Below, piece after piece: positions 40,003 through 50,239 of a stretch of DNA of 64,000 nucleotides. Under the pieces are notes generated by a model. The model made no database searches, was not told the origin of the DNA, and was given only the letters and a program-made list of their open reading frames with translations. The DNA is from Bacteroidota bacterium (GTDB lineage: Bacteria > Bacteroidota > Bacteroidia > Chitinophagales > Chitinophagaceae): positions 157,487-221,486 of the forward strand of contig JAEYWX010000001.1 of assembly GCA_023428755.1 (NCBI GenBank), read 5' to 3'. Position 1 is the first letter of the stretch, and the number at the start of each line of letters is the position of its first letter. The position numbers and the translations under genes were made by a program.

Positions 40003-43000
40003 TCAATTCCCTTTCCACTCCGGTAACCGTCCCGGTGTATATGGTGCTCCGTTCTTTTCTAAAAGACTTTCAATACGTTTGATTTCTTCGGCAATTGCTT
40101 TCAGCTCGTTGTAAACTGGTGTAAACTGTTTCGCTGCTATTTGATAGTTATTGAGCTGTGTTTGTGTGGGTGCTGCAGTTGTATTCCACAACGAACCGGT
40201 GATGTAACCGATACGTCCGTTTACAGAAGGTGAAGTTTCAAACTCTCTTCTTGCCAGCGATGCATCACCATTCAGCTGACGGTTCACCGCATTCAAACGC
40301 TTCTCTACTTCCTGTAATGCCTTCGACAGATCAAGCGTTTGCTTTGGTGTTTCAATGATCGCCTGTTTCATGTAACGTACTTTATTCACCAGTTCGCCAC
40401 GGTATTGATCGGTTGCTGCCACTACACGACTCAGCTCGCCCAGCTTTTTGCAGAACTCATCCAATGCTTTTTTATCAGTTGCAGGAAGAGTGGCTGCGTT
40501 CAACGACATTGCTTTGAAAGTTTGCGGTGCGGTTAAATCGGTGTACACACCATCTTCAAACTTGCTCAGCGAAACTTTGTAGGTGCCGGGCAATGCAAAA
40601 TATCCCTGGTCGGGTGAACTGAATGCAAAGGATTCATCAAACGGCGTAAAGTCGATTGGTCCGAATGGAGATGTACGGAAATCCCATACGATGCGCTTCA
40701 ATCCTTTCTTTGCAGGTGCTTTGATGCGGCGAACAACATTGCCGGCATCATCTGTTACAGTGAACAACAAATGCGGTGCAGGTTGTTCATCTTCCAAACG
40801 CAACGAATCAGGCGATGGATAGGTGGGTGCTTCCCCTTTCTTTATTTTTTCTGCTTCAGCTGCTCTGCGTTTTTCTTTGATGGTTTTAATATCATCTTTC
40901 AAATAGTAGGTAAACACAGCCCCAACTTTTGGATTAGGTGTAGTAAAGAAACTTTCGCCCTGGAAGCCTTTACCTCTTACACCCAATGGTTGCGACTCAA
41001 TAAACATCCATGCATCTTTCACCGGGAAGATGAGTGCTTCTTTGTCGAGGTCTTCACGTTTTAGATTGCGCAGCGGCGTATAATCATCCAGCACATAAAA
41101 TCCACGACCGAATGTTGCAAGAATCAAATCGTTCTCACGCTTCTGTATTTCCAGATCTTTTACAGCAATAGTGGGAAGGTTGCCTTTCATCTGCACCCAT
41201 TTTGTACCGCCATCAATACTTACAAACAAACCAAACTCAGTACCCACAAACAACAAGTCTTTGTTTACATGATCTTCTGCAATGGTATAAGCTGTGCCTC
41301 GCTCCGGTAAATTATTGGTGATGGATTTCCATGTTTTACCGCCATCATTTGTTTTATACACATACGGATGAAAATCGCCGTAGCGGTGATGATTGAATGT
41401 TACGTACGCTACATTCTTATCGTGCTGCGAAGTGATGATATGATTCACATAAGTTCGTTCAGGCACACCGGCAATATTATCGATCTTCATCCAGTTGGCA
41501 CCGCCATCGTTTGTTACCTGTATCAAACCGTCATCTGTACCAACATAAATGGTGTTTTCATCAAACTTCGATTCGGCAATGGTTGTGATGTTGCCATAAA
41601 TATCTGTTGAACCATTTTTTGCCACCGCATCCATACTCCACACTTTACCCATCACAGGTAATTTGTTGCGATCGATCTGTCGTGTAAGATCAGGACTGAT
41701 CACTTTCCATGTATTGCCACGATCATCCGTACGGAATACTTTATTCGCTCCATGGTACAGTCGTTTGTTGTCATATTTCGATATAACCAGTGGCGCATCC
41801 CAGTTCCAGCGATAAGCTCCCCCTTCGGGTTCCTGTGGCTGAATGAATAAATACTCGCCACTCTTTTTATCGTAACGGGTTAATGCGCCATACTGCGCCT
41901 GTGCATACACAATGTCGGGATTGCTTTGATCGATCTGCGATTCGTAGCCATCACCCAAACTGGTGAAATACCAGTCGGAATTGAAAATACCATTGGCACT
42001 CAACGTACGTGACGGACCACCCATACTGAAATTATCCTGTGTACCGCCATGAATATGATAGAACGGAAATGCATTATCGGTTGCCACTTTGTAAAACTGT
42101 GTTACAGGCAAATTTGCTTTGAAATCCCAGTTACTACCAGCATCAAAACTTTCGTACACACCACCATCGCAACCAACTAAATAATGATCGGTATTGTTGG
42201 GATTGATCCAGATCACATGGTTATCGATATGCTTGCTCTTTTCACCAAGAATCGAAAAACTTTTACCGCCATCTTTACTTATACCCATGTACACGTTGAT
42301 GACAAACACTTTGTTGACGTCTTTCGGATCGCAATAAATTTTCTGGTAGTAGTTACCGGAAGTGGAATAGCCACTTTGCTTTTCCCAGCTTGCACCACGA
42401 TCGGTACTTTTAAACACACCACCTTTTCCTTCGGGTGCTTCCACCACGCAATACAATACATCCGGATTAACAGGTGAATAATTTAAACCTATCCGGCCAA
42501 TATCACCGCCGGGCAATCCATTCATCATCTTGTTCCAGGTAGCACCGCCATCGGTACTTTTATACAAGGCCGATTCTGGCCCGCCACCAATATAGGTAAA
42601 TACTTTCCGCTGACGTTGATGCGCTGCTGCATACACAATATTGGGATAACGGGGATCAACCATTACTTCATTAAAGCCGGTGTGTTCACTTACGTTCAAC
42701 ACCTGTTTCCATGTTTTACCACCATCGGTTGTTTTGTAAATACCACGTTCACCACCACTGTTCCACACAGGGCCATAAGCTGCCACATAAACCACATCAC
42801 TGTTTTTCGGATCAATGGCAATGCGACCGATATGTTCCGAATTTTTCAAACCAACATTCTTCCAGCTTTTGCCGCCGTCCTCACTTTTATACAACCCGTC
42901 GCCATAACCAACCACACGCTGGTTATTGTTTTCGCCGGTACCAACCCACACCACATTAGTGTTTGTAGGATCGATGGCCACACAACCGATCGAGAACGAA

Positions 43001-43296
43001 CCTTCGCCATCAAAAATGGGTGTGTACGTAATACCGGCATTGTTTGTTTTCCAAACACCACCTGCAGCCGATGCTACATAGTATTCACTGGTATTGTTAG
43101 GATTCACTGCAAGATCAGCAATACGTCCCGATGTAATAGCCGGACCGACACTGCGAAACTGCAAACCACTCAACAGGCCGGTGCTGAAAATATCTTTCGG
43201 TTCTTCCTTTGCGGGAGCTGTTGTTTTCTTTTGTGCGAATACAGAAATACAGAGAATGAGCAGCAGTACGCTGCTGAGAAGTTTACGTGTATGCAT
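40003..43296 (-). CDS. VPS10/BNR (Asp-box) beta-propeller glycosyl hydrolase-like exported protein
   Basis: Many SxDGGxTW repeats, FRSVGPAITSGRI, GTQDN, ATFGRG, C-terminal coiled coil. Confidence 0.9.
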   Translation of the reverse strand: MHTRKLLSSVLLLILCISVFAQKKTTAPAKEEPKDIFSTGLLSGLQFRSVGPAITSGRIADLAVNPNNTSEYYVASAAGGVWKTNNAGITYTPIFDGEGSFSIGCVAIDPTNTNVVWVGTGENNNQRVVGYGDGLYKSEDGGKSWKNVGLKNSEHIGRIAIDPKNSDVVYVAAYGPVWNSGGERGIYKTTDGGKTWKQVLNVSEHTGFNEVMVDPRYPNIVYAAAHQRQRKVFTYIGGGPESALYKSTDGGATWNKMMNGLPGGDIGRIGLNYSPVNPDVLYCVVEAPEGKGGVFKSTDRGASWEKQSGYSTSGNYYQKIYCDPKDVNKVFVINVYMGISKDGGKSFSILGEKSKHIDNHVIWINPNNTDHYLVGCDGGVYESFDAGSNWDFKANLPVTQFYKVATDNAFPFYHIHGGTQDNFSMGGPSRTLSANGIFNSDWYFTSLGDGYESQIDQSNPDIVYAQAQYGALTRYDKKSGEYLFIQPQEPEGGAYRWNWDAPLVISKYDNKRLYHGANKVFRTDDRGNTWKVISPDLTRQIDRNKLPVMGKVWSMDAVAKNGSTDIYGNITTIAESKFDENTIYVGTDDGLIQVTNDGGANWMKIDNIAGVPERTYVNHIITSQHDKNVAYVTFNHHRYGDFHPYVYKTNDGGKTWKSITNNLPERGTAYTIAEDHVNKDLLFVGTEFGLFVSIDGGTKWVQMKGNLPTIAVKDLEIQKRENDLILATFGRGFYVLDDYTPLRNLKREDLDKEALIFPVKDAWMFIESQPLGVRGKGFQGESFFTTPNPKVGAVFTYYLKDDIKTIKEKRRAAEAEKIKKGEAPTYPSPDSLRLEDEQPAPHLLFTVTDDAGNVVRRIKAPAKKGLKRIVWDFRTSPFGPIDFTPFDESFAFSSPDQGYFALPGTYKVSLSKFEDGVYTDLTAPQTFKAMSLNAATLPATDKKALDEFCKKLGELSRVVAATDQYRGELVNKVRYMKQAIIETPKQTLDLSKALQEVEKRLNAVNRQLNGDASLARREFETSPSVNGRIGYITGSLWNTTAAPTQTQLNNYQIAAKQFTPVYNELKAIAEEIKRIESLLEKNGAPYTPGRLPEWKGN

Positions 43297-43376
43297 AACA
43301 GTTGGTTTTGAAAATGGAAAAGAAAGGTAATAAAAAAGTTGACCATGTGAGTGATCAACTTTACCATTGGTGGAAT

Positions 43377-43409
43377 AAGGTTGCCAACCTTTGAAAGGTT
43401 GGCAACCCT
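43377..43409. repeat. REP-like palindrome doublet (GGTTG[C/G]CAACC), compact form
   Basis: GGTTGCCAACCTTT-G-AAAGGTTGGCAACC. Confidence 0.75.
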
Positions 43410-43421
43410 GTATATGTACAC

Positions 43422-43955
43422 CTAAAATAATTTTTCATTCGGAGGTTTAATACCCACCAGTCGAATATAAATCGTTGTTTGCCCACGATGATGCGCCTGA
43501 TGTTCCAACGCTTTATTGAGCCATGCCAAACGTGAAAACGAAAAGTTGCCACGGCCTGCTGTTTCAAGTAGCTTACCCACATCCATGTTACGGATACTTT
43601 CGATTGCGTAATCATAACTCGCCATCACATAATACATCACCGAGTCGGCCGATTGTGCTGACTTCCGTTGCTCAAGATTTTGTCCAAATGAAATACGTTG
43701 TGCACCCGTACCATTGGCAATAAAACCGGTGATACCTTGCGACAGGTGCAGCATTTGTTGTGCAAAGCTGCGGATGCTGTCCTGCGCTTTAAAGTCATAC
43801 TTATCTTTCGGCATGGCTTCAAGATATTCTTTTGTATAAGCTTTTGAACGTTCCCAGTCTTTGATGTAAAGCGCTTTCACCGAATCCGCTAATTGTGCGT
43901 TTGCGCCTGCAATAGTCAGAAGCATCATTGCAAGCAGAAATAGTTGTTTTCTCAT
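43422..43955 (-). CDS. Exported DinB family protein
   Basis: RSFAQQMLHL and EHQAHHRGQ His triad, signal peptide. Confidence 0.9.
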   Translation of the reverse strand: MRKQLFLLAMMLLTIAGANAQLADSVKALYIKDWERSKAYTKEYLEAMPKDKYDFKAQDSIRSFAQQMLHLSQGITGFIANGTGAQRISFGQNLEQRKSAQSADSVMYYVMASYDYAIESIRNMDVGKLLETAGRGNFSFSRLAWLNKALEHQAHHRGQTTIYIRLVGIKPPNEKLF

Positions 43956-43999
43956 TTTACAATTTGATTTGTGTGATGAATTAATTTTGTACCAACTGT

Positions 44000-44746
44000 T
44001 TAAGAATGGAGGTATTTGTTGGGAATATTAGCAGATGTATAACTGATGTGATATTGATGCTTGAGTAAAACAGCAATTACATCATTGATGGTTTGTTCGT
44101 TCCTGTGCATTTGCGGAAGTAAACCCATCATGGCATAGCTAATAGGATTAACAGAAGGAATCAACGTTTCCCACGGATATCCTTTCCCCCAAATAAGTCC
44201 TTTCACTGTTACATCAAGCTTTGCTCCATGCTTCAACAGCAAATGCATCATCTCTTTTGATTGATGATTGTTTTGATTCACCGTGTGAAAAATGGGTGTT
44301 TGTGCACCAAAGCCATATTCATCAGTTCCGGCAGATGCATTTACATCGGCTCCATGCTTTATCAATACTTCAGCACAGGCCACATGATTAAACTCAGCAC
44401 ACACATGTAACAATGTAACTTCTTCCAGCGGTGTGTAAGCGGCACGAAACAAAATTTGCTTTGAAGAAATCGATGGATCTTTTTTTAGTTCTTCTTCGAG
44501 CATTGCTGCATCATTCAACAGTACTGCAAGTAAAGCCCGGTCGTCAAACTGCAAACCGGCATCAACAAATGCTTTTACACACTCTTTAAATCGGGGAGAG
44601 CGAGTGTACTCACTCAGCAGTTCATAAATAAGCGGCTGACCGTTATGCAGACTGTTTGGATCAAGCCCATGTGCAAAACAATTTTTGATACCTTCTACGG
44701 CATGCAATTCAAGCAATGTACAAATATCATCTTTGGGAACGTGCAT
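44000..44746 (-). CDS. Ankyrin repeat protein
   Basis: TLLHVCAEFNHVACAEVLIKHGADVN, QTPIFH. Confidence 0.85.
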   Translation of the reverse strand: MHVPKDDICTLLELHAVEGIKNCFAHGLDPNSLHNGQPLIYELLSEYTRSPRFKECVKAFVDAGLQFDDRALLAVLLNDAAMLEEELKKDPSISSKQILFRAAYTPLEEVTLLHVCAEFNHVACAEVLIKHGADVNASAGTDEYGFGAQTPIFHTVNQNNHQSKEMMHLLLKHGAKLDVTVKGLIWGKGYPWETLIPSVNPISYAMMGLLPQMHRNEQTINDVIAVLLKHQYHISYTSANIPNKYLHS

Positions 44747-44752
44747 GATCGG

Positions 44753-45133
44753 TTATTCGCATTTATTTACTGCTACTCCATAAGGCACAACTTTTACCAG
44801 CATGATCTTATTTTTCACTGCCGGATCATCCTGCATCAACTGGCTTGCTTCTTTTTCATCCTTTGCATAAAAGATCACCAGGCCCATCATGCCGGGATCA
44901 CTTGTTTCCAGTTGTGTACGTCCTGCCAGAATGATCACTCCTTCGTTCTTTAGTTTTACCAGCCGCTGAAAATGTTCGCCCACAATGGTTTCATCTGTTT
45001 TACTCCAGTTTTTTTCATCCTTGTATTTCTCGGTGAGAGTAAGAATGCCCAACCATTGCGGTGCTTTGGTTGATTGCTGTGCAGATGTTTGTAATGCAAA
45101 AAAGAGGCAGATAATTGTAAGCAATTGTTTCAT
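44753..45133 (-). CDS. Exported YciI family protein
   Basis: EHFQRL...ILAGRT...DDPAV, signal peptide. Confidence 0.8.
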   Translation of the reverse strand: MKQLLTIICLFFALQTSAQQSTKAPQWLGILTLTEKYKDEKNWSKTDETIVGEHFQRLVKLKNEGVIILAGRTQLETSDPGMMGLVIFYAKDEKEASQLMQDDPAVKNKIMLVKVVPYGVAVNKCE

Positions 45134-45136
45134 TTC

Positions 45137-45592
45137 TTATCGTTTTAATTTTTCTTCATAAAGAGTGATCCATTCATCGGCCGACATTTTCGCTGTGAGT
45201 TCACCAATGAGATCAAAAGGAATATCCTCCGGCTTTTTGTAACGGATACAGCTTTTGCCCATGTCTAATTTTTTAGGCGACGCTTTGGCATGTGCGGCTG
45301 TAAACCATTTCAGCAATTCCGGATTTGCATACACACCCATGTGATACACGGCAATAAAATTCTTTTGTGATGCAATGCCCATGAATGGTAACGGATCGTT
45401 GGGATTGCAATGATAGCCCGCCGGGTATTTCGAATGCGGTACTGCAAACCCAAGCATGCCATAGCCCATCATTTCTTTAAACCCGGGCGAAAGATTTTTT
45501 TTGATCACCGCCCGTAGTTTCTTAAAAGCGGCTTGTCGTTCCTGCGGTATTTCGGCAATATAAGCGGCAGGGGTAGTTGCTTTTGACTGCAT
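45137..45592 (-). CDS. DUF1801 (YdhG-like) protein
   Basis: YPAGYHC, ASQKNFIAVY, DMGKSCIRYKK. Confidence 0.88.
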   Translation of the reverse strand: MQSKATTPAAYIAEIPQERQAAFKKLRAVIKKNLSPGFKEMMGYGMLGFAVPHSKYPAGYHCNPNDPLPFMGIASQKNFIAVYHMGVYANPELLKWFTAAHAKASPKKLDMGKSCIRYKKPEDIPFDLIGELTAKMSADEWITLYEEKLKR

Positions 45593-46077
45593 TTGTTGAA
45601 TTGTTTATTGGTTCAGTTTCTACAAACGATGAGATGCGTAACGTATCGTAAAAACCCTATAGAATTAACTCTACAAGATAGTATGAATATTCAGTACAGA
45701 TCAATGCAGTATCGTTCTATTTTTTTCGGGCTTTTGCTGCTGTTATTTTGTACCCGCAATGATGATCAAGACAACAACGAAAAACCAGGTATAAATGAAT
45801 TGATCCCGATGAAAAACTGTTTACCCAAATCCATAAATAACCAATCCTTTTAAAACCCGTTTTTGATCCGTACCCGATAACTAACCCGTTGAAACCAATT
45901 GAACAAGGTCGTTTATCCAAAACATTACCCAACCCTGTAAGAAAACCATTCCCGATCCGTACCCATGAATTCGTTGTTTCCTGAAATTCCTGATGATGAT
46001 TTCTGCGAAACATATACTCTGAAACCAGCAACATGCAGCAATCAGCTAATCGTTTCTACGATCGGCTTTTTGTTTTT

Positions 46078-46602
46078 TCAGAAGCTCAGTATCCTGAAAA
46101 ATTCCGGCCACGGCCCCATCTCCTCTTTGTACTGTTTCGCCATTACCCTTGTTATTTGTGCAAGATGTGTAAGATCATGCACTACCCAGGTTGCTAACAG
46201 GTTCCGTAGTGTTACTTCGCCCAAAACCGGATGCAGTCCTTTCCGATCCAGATCCTCCTCTGTTAATGGAAGCTTTTGCAGCCACTCAACATTTTGTTGT
46301 CGGATCGTTTCAAATTCATCCAATAATTGCTCTATAGTTTTGCCTTTGCTCGCTTCGTACTGTGCAAACCGGTCGTAAGGATCAAAAGGTTGATTTATTC
46401 CATGCTCCAAAATAATCTTTGCCCGAACTACCCAATCCGTTTTTTCGCCATGAATTAAATGCCCCACCACATCGTAGGGCGAAAACGTATCCGGGCCTTC
46501 GTTGCTCATGATCCATTCAGCGGACAAGTTTTGCAAAAGTGTTTTTAACAAGGCTGGTGTACGCTGTAATATGTTGACTACATCGTGTTGTTGATAGATC
46601 AT
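46078..46602 (-). CDS. DinB/YfiT-like metal-dependent (thiol transferase-like) protein
   Basis: SPYDVVGHLIHGE and WVVHDLTHLAQI. Confidence 0.88.
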   Translation of the reverse strand: MIYQQHDVVNILQRTPALLKTLLQNLSAEWIMSNEGPDTFSPYDVVGHLIHGEKTDWVVRAKIILEHGINQPFDPYDRFAQYEASKGKTIEQLLDEFETIRQQNVEWLQKLPLTEEDLDRKGLHPVLGEVTLRNLLATWVVHDLTHLAQITRVMAKQYKEEMGPWPEFFRILSF

Positions 46603-46604
46603 TT

Positions 46605-47108
46605 TTATGAGTTGATGACATACTGAATCTGTTCATTTTTATTCCGCAGATCAATACCGCCTTCAAACATCGATTTCAGATTGGCCAAATAAAACGTCCA
46701 GCCTCCCTGGCAACCGATATGGTATTGCTGTTTTGATTTTTCATCAACCGGAATATCATCCTGCAACAACTCAACGATCAGTTCATCCTGCTCCGGATAA
46801 ATACGAACACTGCAATTACCCGCTTTTCCAAAACGAAATTTAAAAAAATCAATCCTGTTGCAATCGAGAATTTCTCCTGTTTCGGTTACATCATCGCTAT
46901 AGCCAAACCAACGCCATCGATACGTATCACCTGTTTGCACGGGTTCATCGGCACTGCGTAATTCACCGTTCGGCTTACTGTATTCACTCAAGCGTAAGAA
47001 CCAGTATTCAATACCTGCTTTTGTAGCCCAGGTACGATACAGCTGTTCAATGGAATTACATTTGATGTTGATGCGTACCGTAAAACGGCTCCAGTCGAAT
47101 GCAGCCAT
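46605..47108 (-). CDS. SRPBCC/AHSA1-like START-fold protein
   Basis: LYRTWAT..GIEYWF and GWTFYLANLKS. Confidence 0.85.
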   Translation of the reverse strand: MAAFDWSRFTVRINIKCNSIEQLYRTWATKAGIEYWFLRLSEYSKPNGELRSADEPVQTGDTYRWRWFGYSDDVTETGEILDCNRIDFFKFRFGKAGNCSVRIYPEQDELIVELLQDDIPVDEKSKQQYHIGCQGGWTFYLANLKSMFEGGIDLRNKNEQIQYVINS

Positions 47109-47110
47109 GC

Positions 47111-47596
47111 TTATTCTTTTTTACGTGAATAATAAAAGTTTGATTTCTTAACGGGTGCAGCCGTTCCATCATCAATCATGGCATGAATGGAATCTTTGTT
47201 CACCAATGTATAACTGATGCGTTTGGGAAAATCATGTTGTGGATTTTCTGCTACAAATCCTGTTTCACTGTGCGAAGTAATGGTAAATTCCACCGGTTGT
47301 TCTCCATTTTGATTCTTTACCGTTGGAATATAATAGTACTTGCCATTCCGGTACGACAGTTCAATTTTTTCCAATGGAATGACGGAACCATCAGCCCTTG
47401 TCATACTGCTTTCACCTGCCAGCGTACTGTCGTTGGCAACAGTCCATTTTTCGGTGATGATGCCACGCCTTGTCTGCATTTGCCAGGAGCCCTGCAGCCA
47501 GTTGAATGACTTCATGTTTACCGATATGCCAAACATGTCAGGTGAAAAACTGCTCACAGAGAGTAGAAGCAACAAAGCAATACTGTTCTTCTTCAT
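47111..47596 (-). CDS. Exported DUF6265-like protein
   Basis: WLQGSW and ENPQHDFPKRISY. Confidence 0.8.
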   Translation of the reverse strand: MKKNSIALLLLLSVSSFSPDMFGISVNMKSFNWLQGSWQMQTRRGIITEKWTVANDSTLAGESSMTRADGSVIPLEKIELSYRNGKYYYIPTVKNQNGEQPVEFTITSHSETGFVAENPQHDFPKRISYTLVNKDSIHAMIDDGTAAPVKKSNFYYSRKKE

Positions 47597-47598
47597 TT

Positions 47599-47997
47599 TT
47601 ATTGTCTGTATTTTTCCGGAATGTTGTGCAATGCAATACGGTTGCCTTCAGTATCTAAGAACACGGCCATATCGCCATATTCATCAGAGATGGTTGTTTT
47701 GGGCACCAGTATTTTACCACCTGCTGCTTCTACACGATCAAGAAATAGCTGCACATCCGGATTTCCATTAAGGTAGATCAACGGACCATCTGTACCTGAA
47801 GGTTTGTAAAAGCCTGTGCCTTCCTGCACCAGTGTACCACCAATGCCTTTCATGGGATCATCAATGGGAAACATCCGCATTTTGGTTCCCTGAAAATCCA
47901 TTGGTTGCATTTGAATGTTGAAGACTGCTTCGTAAAATGTTTGTGCACGGTCGATGTCGGTTGCCGGAATTTCGAACCAGCTGATTGCGTTATCCAT
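47599..47997 (-). CDS. VOC (glyoxalase/bleomycin-resistance) family protein
   Basis: WFEIPATDIDRAQTFY and DTEGNRIALH. Confidence 0.92.
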   Translation of the reverse strand: MDNAISWFEIPATDIDRAQTFYEAVFNIQMQPMDFQGTKMRMFPIDDPMKGIGGTLVQEGTGFYKPSGTDGPLIYLNGNPDVQLFLDRVEAAGGKILVPKTTISDEYGDMAVFLDTEGNRIALHNIPEKYRQ

Positions 47998-48015
47998 GTT
48001 GTAAGGTTTAAAGGT

Positions 48016-48444
48016 TTATTGTTTATTTGTTTGCAATTGTTTCATGTTTTTGTATGCTGTGCTGATCAATTGTTTGAGTACTTTCAAATCAACATCGCTC
48101 AACTTTTTAATGTATAAACAAGAGCCGCCTGTTTTGCATTTGCCGAGAACATCAACCAACTCTTTGTACTTTCCAATACCCGGCATGATGTAGAGCGTAA
48201 TATTCTGTTTACGGGGAGAAAAACCGGTAATGAACCAATCGCCTTCCTGTTTACTCCGTTCCGATTTATAATGATAGCTGCCAAAGCCCACAATACTATC
48301 GCCCCACATCACAGGATCTTCTTTTGTAATTTTTTTCATCAGTTCCAAAACTGTAAAACAATCCTTTCGCTTTTCTTCATCTGTTACACTATTCAGGAAA
48401 GCTTCTACACTTGCATTGTTTCGTTGTGTTTTTAATTCAGCCAT
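48016..48444 (-). CDS. DUF1801 (YdhG-like) protein
   Basis: MWGDSIVGFGSYHY, GFSPRK, LGKCKTGGSCLYIKKL. Confidence 0.9.
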   Translation of the reverse strand: MAELKTQRNNASVEAFLNSVTDEEKRKDCFTVLELMKKITKEDPVMWGDSIVGFGSYHYKSERSKQEGDWFITGFSPRKQNITLYIMPGIGKYKELVDVLGKCKTGGSCLYIKKLSDVDLKVLKQLISTAYKNMKQLQTNKQ

Positions 48445-48476
48445 CGATCTTCATTTTAGAATACAATTATTTTTTA

Positions 48477-48992
48477 TCAGAGTGCAGCTCTTGTTTCTTT
48501 CAATCCCTTGCTTTGTAAATATTCAACCAGTTCCTTCGCTTCTTCTCCACCACGGTTTGCATGATGTAACAATGTAAATCCATGCGGACCTCTTGCATGG
48601 AGGTATGATGGATAGGTTTCAATATACGCTTTTACAATTTGTGTTTTACCCAACATCGTTAATACAAACAAATTGGTGCGTGCACCTTTTTCAATCAAGT
48701 AGTTGGCGATTTCTTTATTGCCTACATGTCCTGCTCCTTCCAACCCCGTTTCAAAATCACCGCCACCCAAATCCCAGGTGGCATAAATGAGTGTGGGAAA
48801 TTCAGCCAACAATGTTTTTACTTTTTCCAGATTATTATGCCCTGCACTTACAAAGTCTTTCACCTTTTCAGCAGGTAACGGATCAGCCTTCGTTTGTTGC
48901 ATCGGTTTTGTTTGCTGTGCAAGAATCAGCGATGGAAGAGCGATGATGCCGGACCCAACAGCTACGTTTTGCAGAAATGATTTACGGTTCAT
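48477..48992 (-). CDS. Ankyrin-like protein with Tat-like signal
   Basis: MNRKSFL signal; ETGLEGAGHVG..IANYLIEKGA, GFTLLHHA. Confidence 0.75.
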   Translation of the reverse strand: MNRKSFLQNVAVGSGIIALPSLILAQQTKPMQQTKADPLPAEKVKDFVSAGHNNLEKVKTLLAEFPTLIYATWDLGGGDFETGLEGAGHVGNKEIANYLIEKGARTNLFVLTMLGKTQIVKAYIETYPSYLHARGPHGFTLLHHANRGGEEAKELVEYLQSKGLKETRAAL

Positions 48993-49072
48993 GATAAAGG
49001 TTTTTCTTAAAGTTCCAAAATAGAAAAGAGGAATTTGTTCCGTTCATCCTTTTCTGCGTGTCCTCTTGCTTC

Positions 49073-49136
49073 AGGGTTGGCAACCTTTGCAGATTGTGAT
49101 ATATCCCAAACGTTGCTGAAAAAGGTTGGCAACCCT
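49073..49136. repeat. REP-like inverted doublet with 32-bp spacer
   Basis: AGGGTTGGCAACCTTT (49073-49088) / AAAGGTTGGCAACCCT (49121-49136). Confidence 0.75.
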
Positions 49137-49142
49137 TTCCTG

Positions 49143-49658
49143 TTATCCTTTCTTACGTCGGTATTCCAGATCGTATTCTGTTTGCCAGCTTGCGCCATTG
49201 TCTTTTGTGATTTCTGCAAACTGCCGCACTTTATCGGTCGACAGATTAAAGAAGGTCAACCTTCTGACAGCGATCGTATCTTTTGAATACGAAAACGGTT
49301 TTGTTTGAAAGATAATTTTCTGATCGTCATATTTCCCTTCGAGATATTCGGTACTGCCACCGCTATTATCCACCCTTGTTTGCTGCCATTGTTTTGTATT
49401 CCTGTTCCAGGTACTAAAACTTTTACCCGCATAACGCAAACCTTGATTTGAACCGGCACTTGTCCACTCTTCCAGGATAATACAACTGTCGAGTATTACA
49501 CTGATCTTACTGTCGCCGGCTTTTGCTCCCGTTTTCCCATATACATCCCATTCACCGATCCAGAAATCGAATTGACGGTAAGCAGGTGCACTGCAGGATT
49601 TTTGTGCAGCAAGCTGCATGTATCCAAGTAAAGCGAACAGAAAAAGCAGATATTTCAT
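49143..49658 (-). CDS. Exported hypothetical protein (DUF1579-like beta protein)
   Basis: Signal peptide, QFDFWIGEW, DNGASW. Confidence 0.8.
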   Translation of the reverse strand: MKYLLFLFALLGYMQLAAQKSCSAPAYRQFDFWIGEWDVYGKTGAKAGDSKISVILDSCIILEEWTSAGSNQGLRYAGKSFSTWNRNTKQWQQTRVDNSGGSTEYLEGKYDDQKIIFQTKPFSYSKDTIAVRRLTFFNLSTDKVRQFAEITKDNGASWQTEYDLEYRRKKG

Positions 49659-49702
49659 GACGATCAGGTTTAGATAACAAGGTAATGGTTAATACCAGCA
49701 TT

Positions 49703-50137
49703 TTATCGCCACACACCAATGATTGCGCCCATTAGTGTAAGAGCAAGTAATGCATAACCGCCATTGATAAAAATATACCGTGCTGTTTTCTGTTCAAACA
49801 AAGCAACAGTTGCAATAGCACAAAAAGCCCAGATACCTGCTAAAAAACCAGCGATGGTCCCCCAGGTAACATCTGTTTTTTGTGCACAGTTGCCGGTACA
49901 TTCAACAGGCGTATCGGCAAGGAACATCGCAAGATTAGCCGCCATGATGAGTGAAAGCACAAAGGCCCATCCATAAATTTTGCTGGCATTGCCTTTCTTT
50001 ACATCTTCTTCAGTGAGTTTGTTTTCACTCATCCATGCTTTGCCAAATAATAATGGCGAGTACCATACACCGCCCAATACAAAAGCAGAAATACCGGCTA
50101 CCAGTACAGCAAGCCAGTTAATTGAATTCATGTCCAT
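49703..50137 (-). CDS. DUF1761 family membrane protein
   Basis: INWLAVLVA...LGGVWYSPLLFGKAW, INGGY. Confidence 0.88.
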   Translation of the reverse strand: MDMNSINWLAVLVAGISAFVLGGVWYSPLLFGKAWMSENKLTEEDVKKGNASKIYGWAFVLSLIMAANLAMFLADTPVECTGNCAQKTDVTWGTIAGFLAGIWAFCAIATVALFEQKTARYIFINGGYALLALTLMGAIIGVWR

Positions 50138-50173
50138 GTTGTTGGTTTTTGGGTTGAAAAATAAATTTTACAG

Positions 50174-50239
50174 TAAGGTTGCCAACCTTTTGCTTTAAGT
50201 GCGAAATGAACGATCCTGCAACAAAGGTTGGCAACCTTA
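50174..50239. repeat. REP-like perfect 17-bp inverted doublet with 32-bp spacer
   Basis: TAAGGTTGCCAACCTTT (50174-50190) / AAAGGTTGGCAACCTTA (50223-50239). Confidence 0.8.

Noticed and set aside
42616..43311. Long antisense ORFs here and at 21236-21841, 31006-31499, 36471-36995 and 57927-58448
   Set aside because: They lie opposite well-supported genes, have no motifs, and are expected from codon bias.
49073..50239. Palindromic repeats with 32-bp unique spacers as a CRISPR mini-array
   Set aside because: The units are only about 16 bp, occur as isolated inverted pairs separated by genes, and no cas genes are present.
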